Of a DNA stretch of 64,000 nt, positions 62,451 to 64,000 are shown piece by piece. The stretch lies in the IMG/VR virus record IMGVR_UViG_3300043803_000951, positions 4,473-68,472 of that record. One strand, written 5' to 3'. Made by a program: the position numbers and the translations under genes. Under the pieces are notes generated by a model. It did not search any database. It saw only the letters and a list, made by a program, of their open reading frames with translations, and was not told the origin of the DNA. This stretch comes from a virus. Position 1 is the stretch's first letter. Each line of letters starts with the position of its first letter.

Positions 62451-63049
62451 TCGCCCTTACCGGCTACTCCCGCTCCGGGAAGGACACCGCTGCCGACCAC
62501 CTCGTATCCTTGGGCTACGAGCGACGGGCCTTCGGGGACATCATCAAGGGGTTGGTGAGGGATGCTGGGCCGACAACCTTCCGGTTCTTCAAGGACTGGC
62601 TATTGGACACCGGCCGCAACCAGCTCCGCATCTCCGAGATCGCCTACGGGTGGAGCTTGGTGAAGCTGTGCGGGGTGGACCCGTTCACGCAGGACGACGA
62701 GGTGAAGCCGAACCTTCGAGCCCTGCTGGAGGACTACGGGATTTACCGCTACGATGAGGTGAACCGGCTATTCTTCTCCACCCTGCCATCCAAATGTGTC
62801 AATAGTCGCCTCTGCCGGGCTCAGGAGGCCCGCGAATGGAGGGACCGAGGTGGTGTGCTGGTCGAGGTGGTCCGACCCGGTGGCAAGCCTCACACGGACC
62901 AGGAACGACGGTGGGTGGAGGAACTCCATGAGGCCGGCGCAATCGACACGATCCTGAAGAATGACGATTCCATCGACAGGTTGAACCGGGCCATCGCGGC
63001 CATTGCTTCCGGCAAGGCTTCAGGGATTGTCAGCGCATCCAGCCTATGA
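62417..63049 (+). CDS. Deoxynucleotide monophosphate kinase-like P-loop protein
   Basis: IALTGYSRSGKDTAADHL...RAFGDIIK...VEVVRPG...LKND. Confidence 0.8.
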   Translation: MGKTEAKEIPLIALTGYSRSGKDTAADHLVSLGYERRAFGDIIKGLVRDAGPTTFRFFKDWLLDTGRNQLRISEIAYGWSLVKLCGVDPFTQDDEVKPNLRALLEDYGIYRYDEVNRLFFSTLPSKCVNSRLCRAQEAREWRDRGGVLVEVVRPGGKPHTDQERRWVEELHEAGAIDTILKNDDSIDRLNRAIAAIASGKASGIVSASSL

Positions 63050-63243
63050 AAACCTTCCAGGACTACCTCGAATCCGTGGAGCGCAACAACCCGTCCATGG
63101 TGGGGAGGAAGCTCACCCTCCACTGGGATTCGCTGGAGCGGCTCCTTGAAAGCGCCTATCGTCAAGGGCGTGAGGACGGGACCGAGCCAATTCATGGGGC
63201 GAATAGCTCAATGCCGGACTTCATGAGGGGATTTTTCAAATGA
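63046..63243 (+). CDS. Hypothetical protein
   Basis: ATGA overlaps. Confidence 0.6.
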   Translation: MKTFQDYLESVERNNPSMVGRKLTLHWDSLERLLESAYRQGREDGTEPIHGANSSMPDFMRGFFK

Positions 63244-63500
63244 CTGCCGAACAACAAGACGACAACGAGCGCAACCAGTTGATGGCGATGATGACCGCTG
63301 TGGTCGCCAAGCTAGGGGAACACTTCGGCTCCGTCCGCATCATTGCTACCCGGGAGAATAACGGGGATACCGAGTCATTCACTGTGGGTTCTGGAAACTA
63401 CTTTGCCCAGCTAGGGTCCGCGTTGGAGTGGGTGGACAAGCAGCGTGAACAATCCCGGCTGGAGAAGCAGGATGAGTGGGATGGCGAGGATGAGGGCTAG
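63240..63500 (+). CDS. Hypothetical acidic protein
   Basis: LGEHF.SV.I...GSGNYFA. Confidence 0.65.
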   Translation: MTAEQQDDNERNQLMAMMTAVVAKLGEHFGSVRIIATRENNGDTESFTVGSGNYFAQLGSALEWVDKQREQSRLEKQDEWDGEDEG

Positions 63501-63740
63501 TCGCAGTCGGGTGGATCGAAAACCCAGCTAGCCACCTCCTCGGGATTCGCTGATGTCCCCGTCGTCTCGTCCAGATACGGGTTGGCCGTCGAGCACTCCA
63601 GGCTGTCCTCCCTCAGCGGCAGGCACTCGCTCAAGCAGACGCAGCAAGTGGGTTGCGGCAAGTCGTTGGTGGGCAAGCCCATTGGCCGACACTCCACCCA
63701 GCCACCGCTCGATGGCAAGCCTTTCCTTGTTGTTCATTGG

Positions 63741-64000
63741 TCAGCCCTTTCTGATTGGGCGGTAGTGGGGGATTGAGGCGACCTTGCCAAGGGTCCTAAT
63801 GCGGAATCTGCGCGACTCCATCTTGCCAGCGCGGACCGCATCGGCAAGGAAGTGGGAGGTCGTGGAGATTGCCTTTTCCATCTCACGGGCGATCTCGTTC
63901 GAGGTCAGCCAACCCTCTGGAACCTCATCGGTTGAGGACTGCTTAATCTCCTTATGAATCCTCAGCAGGAGGTCCTTTGTTGAAATGGCTTTCGGGTTCA
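63741..64000 (-). CDS. Winged-HTH-like protein, 5' end at window edge
   Basis: Hand translation ...VPEGWLTSNEIAREMEKAISTTSHFLADAVRAGKMESRRF...PHYRP. Confidence 0.55.
   Translation of the reverse strand, partial: NPKAISTKDLLLRIHKEIKQSSTDEVPEGWLTSNEIAREMEKAISTTSHFLADAVRAGKMESRRFRIRTLGKVASIPHYRPIRKG

Larger units (their letters stand above)
1..64000. mobile_element. Temperate tailed phage/prophage genome segment, podovirus-like virion module
   Basis: Integrase, excisionase-like gene, initiator + DnaB, TerL, portal, capsid-position gene, tail collar, ejection-type proteins; no host housekeeping genes; no tape measure or sheath seen. Confidence 0.95.

Noticed and set aside
63497-63737. Two overlapping minus-strand ORFs
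   Set aside because: Cannot tell which frame is real; no motif
1-64000. tRNA/rRNA genes, att sites, alternative genetic code
   Set aside because: No cloverleaf or rRNA seen; both ends lie within phage genes; standard code gives dense, intact ORFs

Overview
The whole window is the interior of a GC-rich temperate tailed phage or prophage genome with podovirus-like virion genes; both ends cut through genes and no att site is visible. Layout: (1) truncated tyrosine integrase and excisionase-like gene, then a leftward block of small early/anti-defence-type genes (1-8.1 kb); (2) rightward replication block with an iteron-bearing initiator, DnaB, MazG-like, HNH and RusA-like genes (8.5-15.5 kb); (3) terminase on the minus strand, divergent from portal, scaffold and capsid; (4) signal-peptide-bearing fibre-like genes and lysis-type membrane proteins; (5) a 10-gene glycan-modification cluster inserted between tail genes (34-42 kb); (6) tail and ejection genes including a 3438-aa polyvalent protein; (7) a right-hand DNA metabolism block. 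The strongest finding is at 58.24-59.84 kb: an integron-type array of four gene cassettes with three full and two half attC-like sites. Each cassette has 9-11 bp complementary ends, every gene is inverted relative to canonical integron polarity, and start/stop codons are written into the attC sites. Other leads: a RusA-like gene split over two overlapping frames, an A-AAA-AAG frameshift candidate, three copies of an attenuator-like RNA architecture, and possibly secreted and glycosylated fibre proteins. All calls come from motif recognition by eye; no searches were run. A Verrucomicrobiota/PVC host is a low-confidence impression only.
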